DNA of 64,000 bases from Candidatus Marinacidobacterales bacterium (lineage in GTDB: Bacteria; Acidobacteriota; Vicinamibacteria; Marinacidobacterales; DATDRI01). Made by a program: the position numbers and the translations under genes. A model generated the notes under the pieces. That model did no database searches. It was not told the DNA's origin and worked only from the letters and a program-made list of their open reading frames with translations. Shown piece by piece: positions 51,416 through 63,301 of the stretch; position 1 is the first letter of the stretch; each line of letters opens with the position of its first letter. The DNA lies in NCBI GenBank assembly GCA_965219415.1, contig CBDCNP010000002.1, forward strand, positions 4,224,001-4,288,000, written 5' to 3'.

Positions 51416-52305
51416 CCCAGCGGCTCGAGACAGGCCGCGAGTTCACGCGCCTCGTCGACTGATAGGTTTTGCAGCGGCGCGCGCACGCCACCGCCGTCGA
51501 AGCCACGCTGACGGGAGGCAGCCTTGACTTTGGCAACATAGTTGCCTCTCCAGATGCAGAGCAGCGACGGGATCATGCGCGACCACAGTTCCATTGCGCC
51601 CGCGATATCATTGCTGGCGACCAGTTCAAACAGGCGCACGCTCTCGCGCGGCATGTAGTTTGCGGCACCCCAGATACATCCTTGCGCCCCGGCGATGAAG
51701 CTGAAAACGGTATTGGGATCGCAACCGTTCAACACCATGTATCCGGTGGCGAGGTATTCCTGGTGGGTGGTCAGGTCGCCGGCGCTGTCCTTGATGTAGT
51801 TGAAATGCTCAAGCTGGTTCAGGCGTTTGAACAGGTCGACCGAAATACCGATGCCGGTGGTTTGCGGGATGTTATAGCCGATGATGTCGGTTTCGACCGC
51901 GGCATCGATGGCCTGGTAAAACGCAAACAACCCGTCATCGTCTTCGGGGCCTTCGAGGTAGGGCGGCAAGATCATCAACGCATCGGCGCCAAGTCCCTGA
52001 GCATGTTTGCTGCGCTCGATCACTTCGTCGAGCACCAGCGCCGAGGTCTGGCAAATCAGTTTACAGCGTCCGTCGATACGCCCGGCGCCGAGCTCGTAAA
52101 GCTGATTGCATTCCTTACGGGTCAGGTAGGGATGCTGCCCGGTGCCGGCACCGAGCACCAGCCCATGGACGCCAGCGTCGATATAGAGGTCGATTAATTC
52201 TTCCCAGCGTGCATAGTCGATGCTGCCGTCGGCATGCATCGGGGTTTGCATCGCCAGGTTGATTCCGGTCAGTTCGCTCAATGATTTCTCCGTCTGTCCT
52301 GGCAC
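51412..52305 (-). CDS. Dihydrodipicolinate synthase family lyase
   Basis: GAGTGQ, LPPY, GYNIP, IKDSAGD. Confidence 0.88.
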   Translation of the reverse strand: MPGQTEKSLSELTGINLAMQTPMHADGSIDYARWEELIDLYIDAGVHGLVLGAGTGQHPYLTRKECNQLYELGAGRIDGRCKLICQTSALVLDEVIERSKHAQGLGADALMILPPYLEGPEDDDGLFAFYQAIDAAVETDIIGYNIPQTTGIGISVDLFKRLNQLEHFNYIKDSAGDLTTHQEYLATGYMVLNGCDPNTVFSFIAGAQGCIWGAANYMPRESVRLFELVASNDIAGAMELWSRMIPSLLCIWRGNYVAKVKAASRQRGFDGGGVRAPLQNLSVDEARELAACLEPLG

Positions 52306-52356
52306 CTCTCGTGTGCCTCCAGTACCAGCTGAGGTACATCGCGTTGTAGTTGGCTT

Positions 52357-53373
52357 TCAGTTGTCATTTTTGATCTGCCGAGTGACCATCTTGGCGATCT
52401 GAATGTCCTGGATTGCGACTCCGGTCAGATCCGCCACCGTGATTTGGTCTTCGCTGGTTCGACCGATTTCGGGGTTCTTGATCACGTTGCCCAATTCAAG
52501 AATAGAAGCCTCTTCGATCTTGTTATCTTTCACCGCATGGAAGCACTCGCCGTGATCGACACATTGTGAAACGCTGTCCGCCACCACTCGATCGGCCTTT
52601 GCCAGGAGCTCGGCCTCCAGCTCCTCTTTGCCGTCTGCATCCGATCCCATGGCGGTGATGTGCGTTCCCTTTTGGACCTGATCCGATCCCATGGCGGTGA
52701 TGTGCGTTCCCTTTTGGACCTGATCGGCCCGAATCAAAGGCTCCTTAGCCGATGTTGCGGTTACGATGAGGTTGCATTGCGAAAGCAGGTCATCGATTTG
52801 CGTTGCCGCTCTTAGGTCCAGCCCCCAAGCCTGGATAGCTTCTCTCGCCTGTAGATCCTCAATCATTCCTTTCACTTTGTTCGCGTCTCTGCCCCATATG
52901 AAACAGCTTTGACAGTCAACAACATCCTTCAACAGTTCGAGTTGCATCCTCGCCTGCACGCCGGTGCCGACGATCCCTATGTGTTGGACGTTGTCGGGAG
53001 CCAGATGCTTCGCGGCTACCGCCCCGGCCGCTGCGGTGCGCATATCGGTGAGCCAGCACTCGTCGTGGAGAATAAGTTTGAGGTGCCCCGTCTTCTGACT
53101 GAATACCAGAATCACTCCGTCGGCAACCGGTAGATCCAGTTCGGCATTGTTGTAAAAGCCGGATGCCATCTTGAGAACATATAACTCATCGCCGGTTACG
53201 AAGCCGTATTTAATATGAACGTCACCTGGCGGTTCATCGAAATGTAAGAAACCTACAGGCGGAACGACCACCTTATCTTCGGAATAGAGAACGAAACCGG
53301 CTTCGATCTCCCTGATGAGCTGCGGGATATCGATCAGACGCTTGATCTCATCGAGTTTGAGTACTTTAGGCAT
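52357..53373 (-). CDS. Ornithine cyclodeaminase/mu-crystallin family protein with a 14-aa tandem duplication
   Basis: LTDMRTAAAG, GTGVQA, DLTGVAIQD. Confidence 0.9.
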   Translation of the reverse strand: MPKVLKLDEIKRLIDIPQLIREIEAGFVLYSEDKVVVPPVGFLHFDEPPGDVHIKYGFVTGDELYVLKMASGFYNNAELDLPVADGVILVFSQKTGHLKLILHDECWLTDMRTAAAGAVAAKHLAPDNVQHIGIVGTGVQARMQLELLKDVVDCQSCFIWGRDANKVKGMIEDLQAREAIQAWGLDLRAATQIDDLLSQCNLIVTATSAKEPLIRADQVQKGTHITAMGSDQVQKGTHITAMGSDADGKEELEAELLAKADRVVADSVSQCVDHGECFHAVKDNKIEEASILELGNVIKNPEIGRTSEDQITVADLTGVAIQDIQIAKMVTRQIKNDN

Positions 53374-53390
53374 TGTCGAAACCCTCCTTT

Positions 53391-53801
53391 TTAGCCTCGG
53401 TTGTCGCCGCTGAGACCGCTGTAGACTGAAATGATCACGCCTGCGATCAGCATCTTTCCGCCCCAGTCGCCGAACACGTCGGTCGCAACCGCCACCAGCG
53501 GTGCTTCGGTGTTGTTTGCAAGCTCGGGCCCGTTGAACGCATAAAATAGAAGGATCGTACTCGCACCGATGCTTGCAGCGGAGGGCCACTCGGGAATGGC
53601 GAGGTTCTCGACGTTTGTCACAAATAGCCCGGCGCCCAGCAGTAACAGTAGCGGCACCAGCTTGGCCAGCGTGTTGAAAATGTATAAACGCATTCCCGCT
53701 TTGACGCCCCGGACGTTGACAGCAGCCAGGAACGTCAACAACGCTATGACACCGGTTCCAATCACGCGTACCAGTCCTTCGTCTTGCACGCTATCCGACA
53801 C
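53391..53801 (-). pseudogene. APC amino-acid permease collapsed by in-frame deletions
   Basis: GLVRVIG | AVNVRGVK...AKLVPL...YAFNG | APLVAVA; only 136 aa. Confidence 0.7.
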
Positions 53802-53872
53802 GGCTATGAATTACCCCTTGTTGCTCTTAATTGTCGGCAGACTTTGTATCGCGTCAACGTTCTACAGGCGTT

Positions 53873-54985
53873 CTACAGGCGATCGCGCGCGGTGTGCAAA
53901 TAATAATCGACCACCTCGCCAGCGGTATCAATCACGTGGATGCCCGGGTAGCGGATCGTTGTGGGACAAATGTGACCCGGCACCGCCAGGAAATAGTCGC
54001 CCACACGAGGCAGTTCACCCGAGATCCGGAAGACTCCATGCTCTTCGTCCTGCAATATGAGTTGCGCCCCGTCCTGGCCAAGCAAGTAAGCCCTTTCCTC
54101 GACCGGAAGATCTCCACTGATTCCCTTGTATCCCAGGTCCGTGGTGATCGTCCCCGCGTCCGGATACCGGTCCACCACTTGGGTCAGGATCAGGGCAGCG
54201 CAGCGAAACGGAATGTCGGGCATCGCCGTACTAAAGCCCGCGTCCCAGTAGATAAATGTCCCCGGTGAACCGTACATGCCCTCGGTGCGCGCGTAGTAGG
54301 CAAACGAAAAGCTGCCGCCGGCGACCACGCACGGAACGGGCATCCCCGCCGACTCGATCTGCTGCTGAAACTCCCGAAGCGACTCGATGTTTCGCTGCGC
54401 TGCCGCCTCGCGTTGAACCGCGTCGCTAAAGTTATCGTGTCCGTCGTACAAGTGAAATCCGGATGGCTGTAAGAACTGGTGTGCGTCGATTTCCCGATAC
54501 AACTTTGCGGCATCCGGGCCGAATCCAATTCCCGTACGGTGCATGCCGGCATCCAGATCCAGCATCGCGCGCAGCGACTGTTTTCGGCGTGCGGCGACGG
54601 TGGCCAGCACGTCGAGGTGAAACGGGGTACTGACGATGGTGGCGATCCACGCGTCCGGGTAGGACGAGGTCAGGTCGCAGAGACGCTCGATTTTGCGCTC
54701 CTGGACCTGAGGATAGGAGAGAATCGCCTTGTGTGCTCCGGCCTGTAGCACCGTTTCCAGTTCCTTCAACGTGGCGCACTTGAACCCGTCAATGCCAGCT
54801 TCGACCTGTTTGCGCGCGACCGCCTCCGATTTATGCGTCTTGACGTGGGCGATCAGATTCTGGCCGCCACCCACCATTTCGCAGACACTTCGAATATTGT
54901 GGTCCATCATGTCCTGAAAAAGCAGCATGGTCGGCGTTTCCAACGCGTCCGGGTCGGCGACGCAATAATCCTGGTAGGTGATCAT
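53873..54985 (-). CDS. D-threonine aldolase/D-serine dehydratase family PLP enzyme
   Basis: HVKTHK, GMHRTG, YDGH, EEHG, PGHICPT. Confidence 0.9.
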   Translation of the reverse strand: MITYQDYCVADPDALETPTMLLFQDMMDHNIRSVCEMVGGGQNLIAHVKTHKSEAVARKQVEAGIDGFKCATLKELETVLQAGAHKAILSYPQVQERKIERLCDLTSSYPDAWIATIVSTPFHLDVLATVAARRKQSLRAMLDLDAGMHRTGIGFGPDAAKLYREIDAHQFLQPSGFHLYDGHDNFSDAVQREAAAQRNIESLREFQQQIESAGMPVPCVVAGGSFSFAYYARTEGMYGSPGTFIYWDAGFSTAMPDIPFRCAALILTQVVDRYPDAGTITTDLGYKGISGDLPVEERAYLLGQDGAQLILQDEEHGVFRISGELPRVGDYFLAVPGHICPTTIRYPGIHVIDTAGEVVDYYLHTARDRL

Positions 54986-55256
54986 CGATACATTCCTTAA
55001 GAGTCGATGTACTGGATTTGACTCATCTGTTGAGCGGCTTCGAAAATCGCGTCCGCCACAGCCAAGTCCTGGATTGCGGGGGATAGGGATTTTGATCGCG
55101 GGTGCTCCTCGGACGCCGGTGCGGTTTAACCCCCGTGGCTGCGTCTCCCCTCTTTTGGAAGCTGATATCCATCGGTTCTTTCTCCTCTAGAATGCTGAGT
55201 CGATTCTAGTATACCCATGCGTACGAGTAAGAGATATTGTCAAGAGTTGTGGATCA

Positions 55257-56241
55257 ACGCGGTCGGACGAAGTTGTAATAGCAACGGAGCAACTCCAGGT
55301 GCTCATCGAGCCTCTCCGTCGAGCGAGCGTGGGAAAGCGTTCGTCTCGAAAGGTATGCCGAGCTTTGCCGGATGGTCAGATTCAACCGCTCGATGAACGC
55401 CGTGTTCAATGTCGAGGAGTCCTCGGAGTTATTGAGCGCGTCTTCGAATCGCCACGCGGCTCCGTGCAGCGCTCTGCGTTCGACCTTGATGATACGATTG
55501 TTCCTGCGCGTCTTGAGGACCTGGCCGTAGAGACACGCCGGCCCGAAGAAGCGACGGATGACCTTCTGGTAGAATTCGAATCCATCCGTGACGATCAGGG
55601 GAAGACGTCCGAAATTCATCCGTCTCGAAAGGTCGCGAAACAGAGCGTGAGTGTTCCGGTAGCTTCGCCTTCCCGTCACCGTCGATGGCCAGAGCCGAGA
55701 CCAGACTTCGATCGTAACGAAGACCCAACTCGGCGTCTTCTTGTTGCCCGCGAACGTGCGAATCTCGTCGGCTTGGAGCTCTTCGGCAGCGAAGCCAGCG
55801 ATCCTTCTGTGGTTGAATCGACGACACACTTGGGCTGCCTTCTCGAGCCAGCGGGCGACGGTGTTCCAGGCAATCCCTTCGATCCGAGAAATCGCGGAAA
55901 TGCTGACACCCTCGACTCTGAGAGCGATGACCCCATCGAAAGTAGCTCTTCGATGTTGGAGACGGTAGTAGGGCGTGCCTTTCGTCGAGGAGAACGTCTT
56001 TCCGCACTCGCCGCACCGGTATCGACGGCGTTTCCCGGACCTGGTTCGGTAGAATCCGTGGCGAACGATGTTTCCGGAACTGACTTTGCCCCGCAACGGA
56101 CATGCGAGATTGAGACATCTGCGATTCTTCACTTCGGCTCGGCCCTGACGATGAGAGAACTGTGTCTTCGGAATTCTGGTCCAAACTCTAGCACGCAGAC
56201 CGGTTAGGGGCTGGCCGCCAACACTTAATTGCGGAAGCACC
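55257..56241 (-). mobile_element. IS1-family element, 3'-truncated copy
   Basis: Close match to 48507-49706; stops at YYNFVRP. Confidence 0.9.
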
Positions 56242-56418
56242 AGTCTTCATGAAACAAGTAGCGCTCGACCTTGCCGCGTTCGACGACAGCTTTCTCCGAG
56301 GCTACTCGCACCTCATCATCGACCGAGATTCGAAATACACAACGGAGTTTCGAGAAGTCCTGAAGGAAAACGACATGGACATCGTCCCGATTCCGACAAA
56401 ATCTCCGAACTGCAATCC
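56242..56418 (+). pseudogene. Fragment of a further rve transposase, followed by a C end at 56419
   Basis: MKQVA, IIDRDSKY, SPNCNP. Confidence 0.75.
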
Positions 56419-56593
56419 CGTCGTGTCCAAAAATACAAACGAACTCAAGACTCCGCTCGCCGGGCCGTTTCGTATTAGACGTGTCTACGCTTGGTTCGCC
56501 AATGGAAGCTAGAATCCTCGGTGATGAGCACGCCGAGCCAGCCCTTGACATTGTTGGTCGTCGCCATCGCTACATCCGTAGGAATCTGGACCG

Positions 56594-56771
56594 CGTCCTG
56601 TGCCAAAACTCAGCCCTTTTGAAATAGCCCATAAATCAGCGACTTAGAGTCTGTGTTTGTGGCCGTGCCCAGGGCCGGGCACGAACGAACGACGAAATCA
56701 TGCAGGCATGGTGCCGGCAGACCGGAGATCAATCAAGTTCGGTGCGCGCGGATGAATAAATAGAAGGCACA
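56594..56771 (+). mobile_element. 178-bp MITE (A + R ends)
   Basis: Copy of 6920-7096. Confidence 0.85.
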
Positions 56772-56791
56772 CCCGATTTTAGCCTCCTCCC

Positions 56792-57991
56792 TTACAGCTC
56801 TCGAAGCGCCGTTGCCACCGGCATGCGGGCGGCGCGGACAGCGGGAAAGAGCCCGCCCACCAACCCGATGGCCGAGGCGTAGACGATCCCCTGCACCAGC
56901 AGCTCCGGCGTGACATCAAAGGCAAAGGCTACTTGGGAGAAAGTTTGCCAATTGAGCGTTGCGGCGCGGAAACCGTCGAAGACAATGTAAGCCAGACCGC
57001 CACCGATCGCCCCACCCACCAGAGCCAGAACGAGAGACTCGACAAGAACCGAGATCACCACCGGAGCTCCACGGAATCCAAGCGCGCGCAGCGTCGCGAT
57101 CTCTCGTGTCCGTGAAGAAACAGCGGTGTACATCGTATTCAAGGCACTGAAGATGGCACCGATCCCCATCAACACCACCACCAGCGTGCCCAGACCGGTG
57201 ATGAGGTTGGTGACCATCGTCGACTGCTCTGCATAAAAGTCGGTCTGGCGCACCACCTTGACGTTGAGGCGCGGATCTGTGGTGAGCCGATCCTTGAAAT
57301 CCTGGAACGCGTTGGGCGAATCGAGCTTCGCATAGACCGCTTGAAAGCTGTTCCCGCGCCTGTAGGCCGGCTGCAGTACAGCCGCATCAGTCCAGATCTC
57401 GGACTCGGCGATGCCGCCGTTCGCGGCAAAGCGGCCGACCACCGACCATTCGACCTTTCCGACCGGGATCTTGTCTCCCACTTCCAGACCGGCGAACTCT
57501 AGACTTGCTCCGGAACCCACGATAACTTCGTTCTTCCCCCATTCGAACTTGCGCCCTTCGATGATTTCTAGAGCGTCGCGCACCTCGTAGGCTGCTCGCT
57601 CGACGCCTCGGAGAGGAACATTAGCATCGGAGCCGGTAGACCGCATGGGCATATTAATAATGACGAAGAGCTCCGCCGAAGCCTTCGGGCCTTCCGCACC
57701 GCGAGCCACACCCTCGGTGTCGACGATGATGCGGGTGGTCGGGCCACCGAGATCGCTCATCATCTCGCCGTCGGCGCCGCTCCGGAGAATGATCGCGGTG
57801 TCGGGAGATCCGGACACGGTCATGGCATGTTGGAACCCCTTCGCGATCGACAAAACGGCGACCAAGACCGCCACCACGCCGGCGATTCCGAAGACCGCCG
57901 CTGCGGTGGACCCTTTGCGGGAGAGGACGGTCATCAGGTTGAACGTCGAAAGCGAGAAGACCTGTCGGAGCCAATTGATGGGGCCGGTCAT
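56792..57991 (-). CDS. ABC transporter permease (FtsX/MacB type)
   Basis: RTREIATLRALGF, FPAVRAAR. Confidence 0.9.
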   Translation of the reverse strand: MTGPINWLRQVFSLSTFNLMTVLSRKGSTAAAVFGIAGVVAVLVAVLSIAKGFQHAMTVSGSPDTAIILRSGADGEMMSDLGGPTTRIIVDTEGVARGAEGPKASAELFVIINMPMRSTGSDANVPLRGVERAAYEVRDALEIIEGRKFEWGKNEVIVGSGASLEFAGLEVGDKIPVGKVEWSVVGRFAANGGIAESEIWTDAAVLQPAYRRGNSFQAVYAKLDSPNAFQDFKDRLTTDPRLNVKVVRQTDFYAEQSTMVTNLITGLGTLVVVLMGIGAIFSALNTMYTAVSSRTREIATLRALGFRGAPVVISVLVESLVLALVGGAIGGGLAYIVFDGFRAATLNWQTFSQVAFAFDVTPELLVQGIVYASAIGLVGGLFPAVRAARMPVATALREL

Positions 57992-57994
57992 GGA

Positions 57995-59145
57995 CTACAA
58001 CCTCCTGAGCGCGTCGGCAATGCGGAGTCGTCCTGCCTCGACGGCAGGCAGGATGCCCGCAGCGAAACCGAGTGCGAAGACCAGCACGACCCCCAGCACA
58101 ATGTCCCGAGGTGGAAAGAAAAAGACGGGGAGAGCCCCGTTGGTGGGATCGCCCAACGAGATCAAGAACCACCCGATGCCGAGCCCCAAGAGACCCCCCA
58201 TGGCGGCGAGTGACAGGGCCTCCGCCAGAACCAGACCCAATACCTGCCGGTCGGTAAAACCGACTGCCTTGAGGACCGCTAGCTCTCCGACCCGCTCACG
58301 CACCGAGTAAGCCATCGTATTCCCCGCCACCAATAAGATCGTGAAGAATACCGCGGCAAGTATCGCCATGATGATGGTCCCGATGTCTCCAACCTGGTTT
58401 GCGAACGCTTGGACGAATGCGCCCTCGGTCTCGGCCTTGGTCTCGAAGGGAGAATTCGCGAACTGATCGTCGATCGCCTTGGCCACGTCGACCGCTTTAT
58501 CCGGATCCTCGACGCGGACGTAGTACCAGCCGATCTGCCCTCTTCCGAAATCTCGGGCCTCGTCGAAAAAATCATGTCGAAAGAAGAAATTCGAAGTATC
58601 GGTCCCCTTCTCGGCGCCTTCGTAGATGCCCACCAGGTCGAACTCCCAGGTCTGCTTACCCCCGCCATGGGTCCAAATGGTGGCTTGAATCGGGATGCGA
58701 TCCCCCACCTTCCACCCGAAGCGATCGGCGGTGACCCGTCCGGCGATGGCACCGGTTCTCGTCTCGAGCCAGCGCGCCTTCTCCTCTTCGGTGATGAGGT
58801 ACTCCGGATACATTTCCAGAAACTCTTCCGGTTTCACCGGCATCTGCGCGAAGAAGTTCTTGGGTTCCTGGTAGATTCCGCCGAACCAGGTGGCGTGCGT
58901 GGCATCGGCGACGCTCGGTATCTGCTCGATCCGCGCCTCGTAGCTTTCGGGCAATTGTTGAATGATGGAGACCTTGTGCCGAACGATCAACCGGTCGGCG
59001 CCGGCGACATCCACGCCCGAGCTCAGCGCCACTCGAATGGCGGCAAGGTATCCGAACAGGAGAAAGGCGACCGCAATCGACAAGAGCGTGAGAAGTGTGC
59101 GGACTTTCTTGCGGTTGAGGTTGCTCCAGACCAGGTTGACGAACC

Positions 59146-59149
<4 letters not shown>
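57995..59149 (-). CDS. ABC transporter permease (FtsX/MacB type)
   Basis: RTLLT, ERVGELAVLKAVGF. Confidence 0.9.
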
Positions 59150-59840
<691 letters not shown>

Positions 59841-59844
<4 letters not shown>

Positions 59845-60699
59845 CGACTGCGCTCCTCTACCCGTTCTCCATCTGCCAGTTCGTCTGGTCCTTCTACCAC
59901 CACGCTCTCTCCGGGCGAGATCCCGGAAAGAACCAGCGCTTCCCCGTCTTCAATCGTTCCCAGCCTCACCGCGCGTCGCTCGACCTGTCCATCACAAACG
60001 ACGAAGACCACGTCTCGACCTTCGTCGCGGCTAACGGCTCCCTTCGGAATCCTCACCGCGCTGCCACCGGCTTGCTCCGCTTCGTCGCCCTGGAATGCCA
60101 CCTTGACTCCCATGTCCGGAAGAACGCGCGGATCGAGCTCGTCAAACCCAATGCGCACTCGCACGGTCGCGCGATCGCGATCGGCGGTCGGGACGATGGC
60201 GATGACGTGACTCGGAATGCGCCAGGTTGGGTAAGCGTCGAGCGTAGCTTCGACCGTTTGCCCCGCTTGAACACGATTGATGTAGCTCTCGTTGACGTCG
60301 ACCTCGATCTCGAGTGAACTCATGTCGACAACGGTCCCGATCCCGGTCCGGGTGAACCCTCCGCCGGCCGAGACCGGAGAGATCATCTCGCCCGGCTGTG
60401 CATTTTTGGTGGTGACGACGCCGTCGAAGGGCGCGCGGATGATCGTATCTTCCAGCTGTTGATTCCACACCGCAATGCGTCTCTCCGCGACCGTTTCTTC
60501 TTCGCCCTGTCTCGCCATGCGCGCCTCGATGACGTCGACGCTGGCCTGCACCCGATCGAGCTCCGCTTGACTGACCACCGAATCCGCGACGAGCGCCTTG
60601 GTCCGGTCGAGATTCAGATTCGCTTCGGCGAGCCGGACTTTCGTTTCCTCGAGTGCGGTTTTGACCGCTACCAGCTCCGCGCGAGCCAGCCGAAAGCTG
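59841..60699 (-). pseudogene. Efflux periplasmic adaptor (MFP), 5'-truncated
   Basis: IRAPFDGVV, EVDVNES, LPDMG; cut at the IR at 60700. Confidence 0.85.
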
Positions 60700-61440
60700 G
60701 GTAGTGGTCTAGTTTGGACGTTCCTCATCTCTCAGTCGCAACTCGCCTGGATCGCCGCACTAGACCCTGTCAGCTGCCAGGAGAACACGGCCGAATTTTG
60801 CCCGTACCAGGGAAGGGCCACCGCGAGAGTCTCTCCTCCCGACAACGCTGATATAGCCTGCGAGCTGTTCTTGAATATAAGGTCATTGTCGCCCCACGAC
60901 TGGATCACTCTCCAGCTGGCGGTGCTCCCTCCGTCCACACGGACAGAGACGTTGTAGGTTGTATACCCGTCGGCAATGTCACCACCAGTGAGATTGGGCG
61001 CCTCAGAGAAGCGCATCCACGCCCGATTGCAGTCGACGAACAGTCTGCTGGTTATGTCGCTGTACGGAAACGTCATAGCCCTAGATGGGCCAACGGTGTC
61101 ACTCGCAGCGCCGACACCCGTGGCATCGCCGAACTCATCGACGAAGTTAGTCGTGTCCCACGCCGGCCTAACTGGTTCTGGCGCCGGGAGGGCCGGTTCG
61201 GCTGCCGCTTCCTCAGATTCCGGTTCCGATGGATCGTCCTGCGAAAGCGACGCGCCAGCCCCGGCCAACATAAGCGACAGAATCCAGATCCCAACCGACC
61301 AGATGCGGTTCGGCAGCCTGGCCACCTGCGGGTTGACAAGTCCGACTACGGCCCACACGAAGACGGCCAGCGATACGAGTAACAGAAAATCACCCATGCG
61401 TTCCTCTTCCTCTCCGACGATACCAAACTAGACCACTACC
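60700..61440. mobile_element. Non-autonomous cassette with perfect 18-bp IRs and one passenger gene
   Basis: GGTAGTGGTCTAGTTTGG (60700-60717) / CCAAACTAGACCACTACC (61423-61440). Confidence 0.85.
60732..61397 (-). CDS. Hypothetical membrane-anchored protein (passenger)
   Basis: Two TM helices, Pro/Glu linker, VDEFGD motif; GAGG RBS. Confidence 0.7.
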   Translation of the reverse strand: MGDFLLLVSLAVFVWAVVGLVNPQVARLPNRIWSVGIWILSLMLAGAGASLSQDDPSEPESEEAAAEPALPAPEPVRPAWDTTNFVDEFGDATGVGAASDTVGPSRAMTFPYSDITSRLFVDCNRAWMRFSEAPNLTGGDIADGYTTYNVSVRVDGGSTASWRVIQSWGDNDLIFKNSSQAISALSGGETLAVALPWYGQNSAVFSWQLTGSSAAIQASCD

Positions 61441-61617
61441 TAATGTTCCGGCGTCAGAGCATAACTGTGCGTGACCTTGAACGTCGGGTCACCCGCTGAA
61501 TACAACACTCCTTCCGGGGAAATAGGCAGGAAACCTGCACTGTCACGTGCACTTTTGCCTCCTTTGCTGGTGTCCGGACACTTCTGAAACTGAGGGATCA
61601 TCTTTGAGAGAGAACTC

Positions 61618-62387
61618 CTAGATCGGTTCACCCCCTCTAAACCGGCGGGCTGCTTGACGCAACCTGATAACCATCTCTACACGTTCCCATTTGGGTTCAC
61701 ATCCAAGTTTCCGTAGGAAGGCAGCGGCTACTTCTGTGTTAGCGGCGCGTTCCTTACCACTTGGATCAATCAACGAATCCATAAATTGAATAACTTCTGA
61801 AAGCTGGCTTGCGAAAGATATAAACGCCCTTGCCCCTTCCGGATAACTAATATCGTTCACAGCATCTGTATTCATAAGGCAACCGTTTATGGCGTTCAAC
61901 GTGACATGGACTGCATCTAACGCTTCAACTGCGTTTTGCCGGCTGGCCTTAGTCAATGTGGTAGCACTGGGTGTGGTCGCTCGCTTCAGATCCGTGTGGG
62001 CGATGCGTTGATTTCTCCACTGGCGAGCGAATTCTGCGGCTTCGGTAGCTTTCTCTGACAGCCTCTCCACTTCGGAACGAAGTTCCGGAAAATCCTTACA
62101 TAATGCAGGTAGCCTTCGAACCGTGAGGTTGTCTTTTCCAGTGTTGGGATGATCTGTCATCCTGCAAATGCTCATTAGCAAGTCATCCCATAAGATGGAT
62201 TGGATCCAACCAATAAACTCACCGTTGCTGATCGCGTCTAGTAACGCAACTTTTTTGGCATCGCCGAACAACTCGCCGAACTCAAGAAGGCGCTCCTTAC
62301 ACTTTGCCCATTCATTCCACAAGGCGTAATGGATAGCCCCGAACTCTTCGCCGAGCTTGTCTTGATATTCTCGCTTCACTTCTCTCC
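61618..62387 (-). CDS. HEPN (AbiU2-like) protein, native start replaced by MITE
   Basis: ICRMTD, NLTV, RQWRNQRIAH (Rx4H). Confidence 0.7.
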
Positions 62388-62696
62388 CGTCCTGTGCCAA
62401 AACTCGGCCCTTTTGAAATAGATCGCAAATCAGCAGTTTAGACGCCCTTGGAATCCGCGCAGAATCCAGGGTATTTCGCGCCGTAGGGCTGGCTTCCGAC
62501 CCCTGGGCTGCGGGTGGCGGGCGACAGGCCCACCGGGGGTGCACACGGCTGGCTCCAATCGGCTGCGGGGCGAGCTGCAGGCAACGAACTGTGCATCCGG
62601 AAGGAATACGTATCCGACCGCGATGCCGGATTCAAGCAGCCCTTGGAAAGGTGCAAACTGCTGACCCGATGGGCGTTCGAGTATTTTGGCCAGACG
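62388..62696 (+). mobile_element. 309-bp MITE (A + D ends)
   Basis: CGTCCTGTGCCAAAAC...GAGTATTTTGGCCAGACG; copy at 63302-63610. Confidence 0.9.
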
Positions 62697-62736
62697 GCCA
62701 TTCGTAACGAAGTCGTCGGCATCTTTGGAACACTCC

Positions 62737-63141
62737 TCACTCAACGTCCTCACCCGTCAGGGCGTACTCGAACCGGTCGCACTCTTTCGCTAACGTCTCG
62801 ACATACAACTGCAGCTCTTCGCGATCCAGCGTCGCGGCGGGAACCTCGATTACGCCAATGAGCGCGTCCTGCTCGTCGAAGGAGAACGTGACCAGTTCTT
62901 TGGCCGCGTTCCGCCGCCACGCGCGGTACGCGAGGTCCCGCCAAGCCCTATCGGATGTCGTGACCTGCTTCGGTGGAAGCACTGAGGATCGAAACACGTA
63001 CCGGTCTTGCGTCCGCGCACATCGCACGACTTGCGTCCGGGAACGTTTCTTCAACTGGACTCGAATGTTGTGCCCCTCCCGACGCCACGAAACCAACGCA
63101 GACGTAATAAGCGCGTCGATTCGGGGGATCAGTCGTTCCAT
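62737..63141 (-). CDS. Hypothetical protein (possibly YbjN-like); preceded by a gene tail at 63129-63301
   Basis: LDREELQLYVETLAKECDRFEY; decayed homologue near 38760-38850. Confidence 0.55.
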   Translation of the reverse strand: MERLIPRIDALITSALVSWRREGHNIRVQLKKRSRTQVVRCARTQDRYVFRSSVLPPKQVTTSDRAWRDLAYRAWRRNAAKELVTFSFDEQDALIGVIEVPAATLDREELQLYVETLAKECDRFEYALTGEDVE

Positions 63142-63301
63142 GGCGCCCCGCCCTCAGTGTTCTCGACGAGCGTTCGTCTGATCGCAGCAGCCGCATGGAC
63201 GGTCCGTGCCACCAGCAGCTCCAACTCCTCCCATTGGGTGAGTGCAGGACTGAACGGCAGGTCGCCCTCCACCGTCACCCGGTCGAGACGACTGTCATCC
63301 C

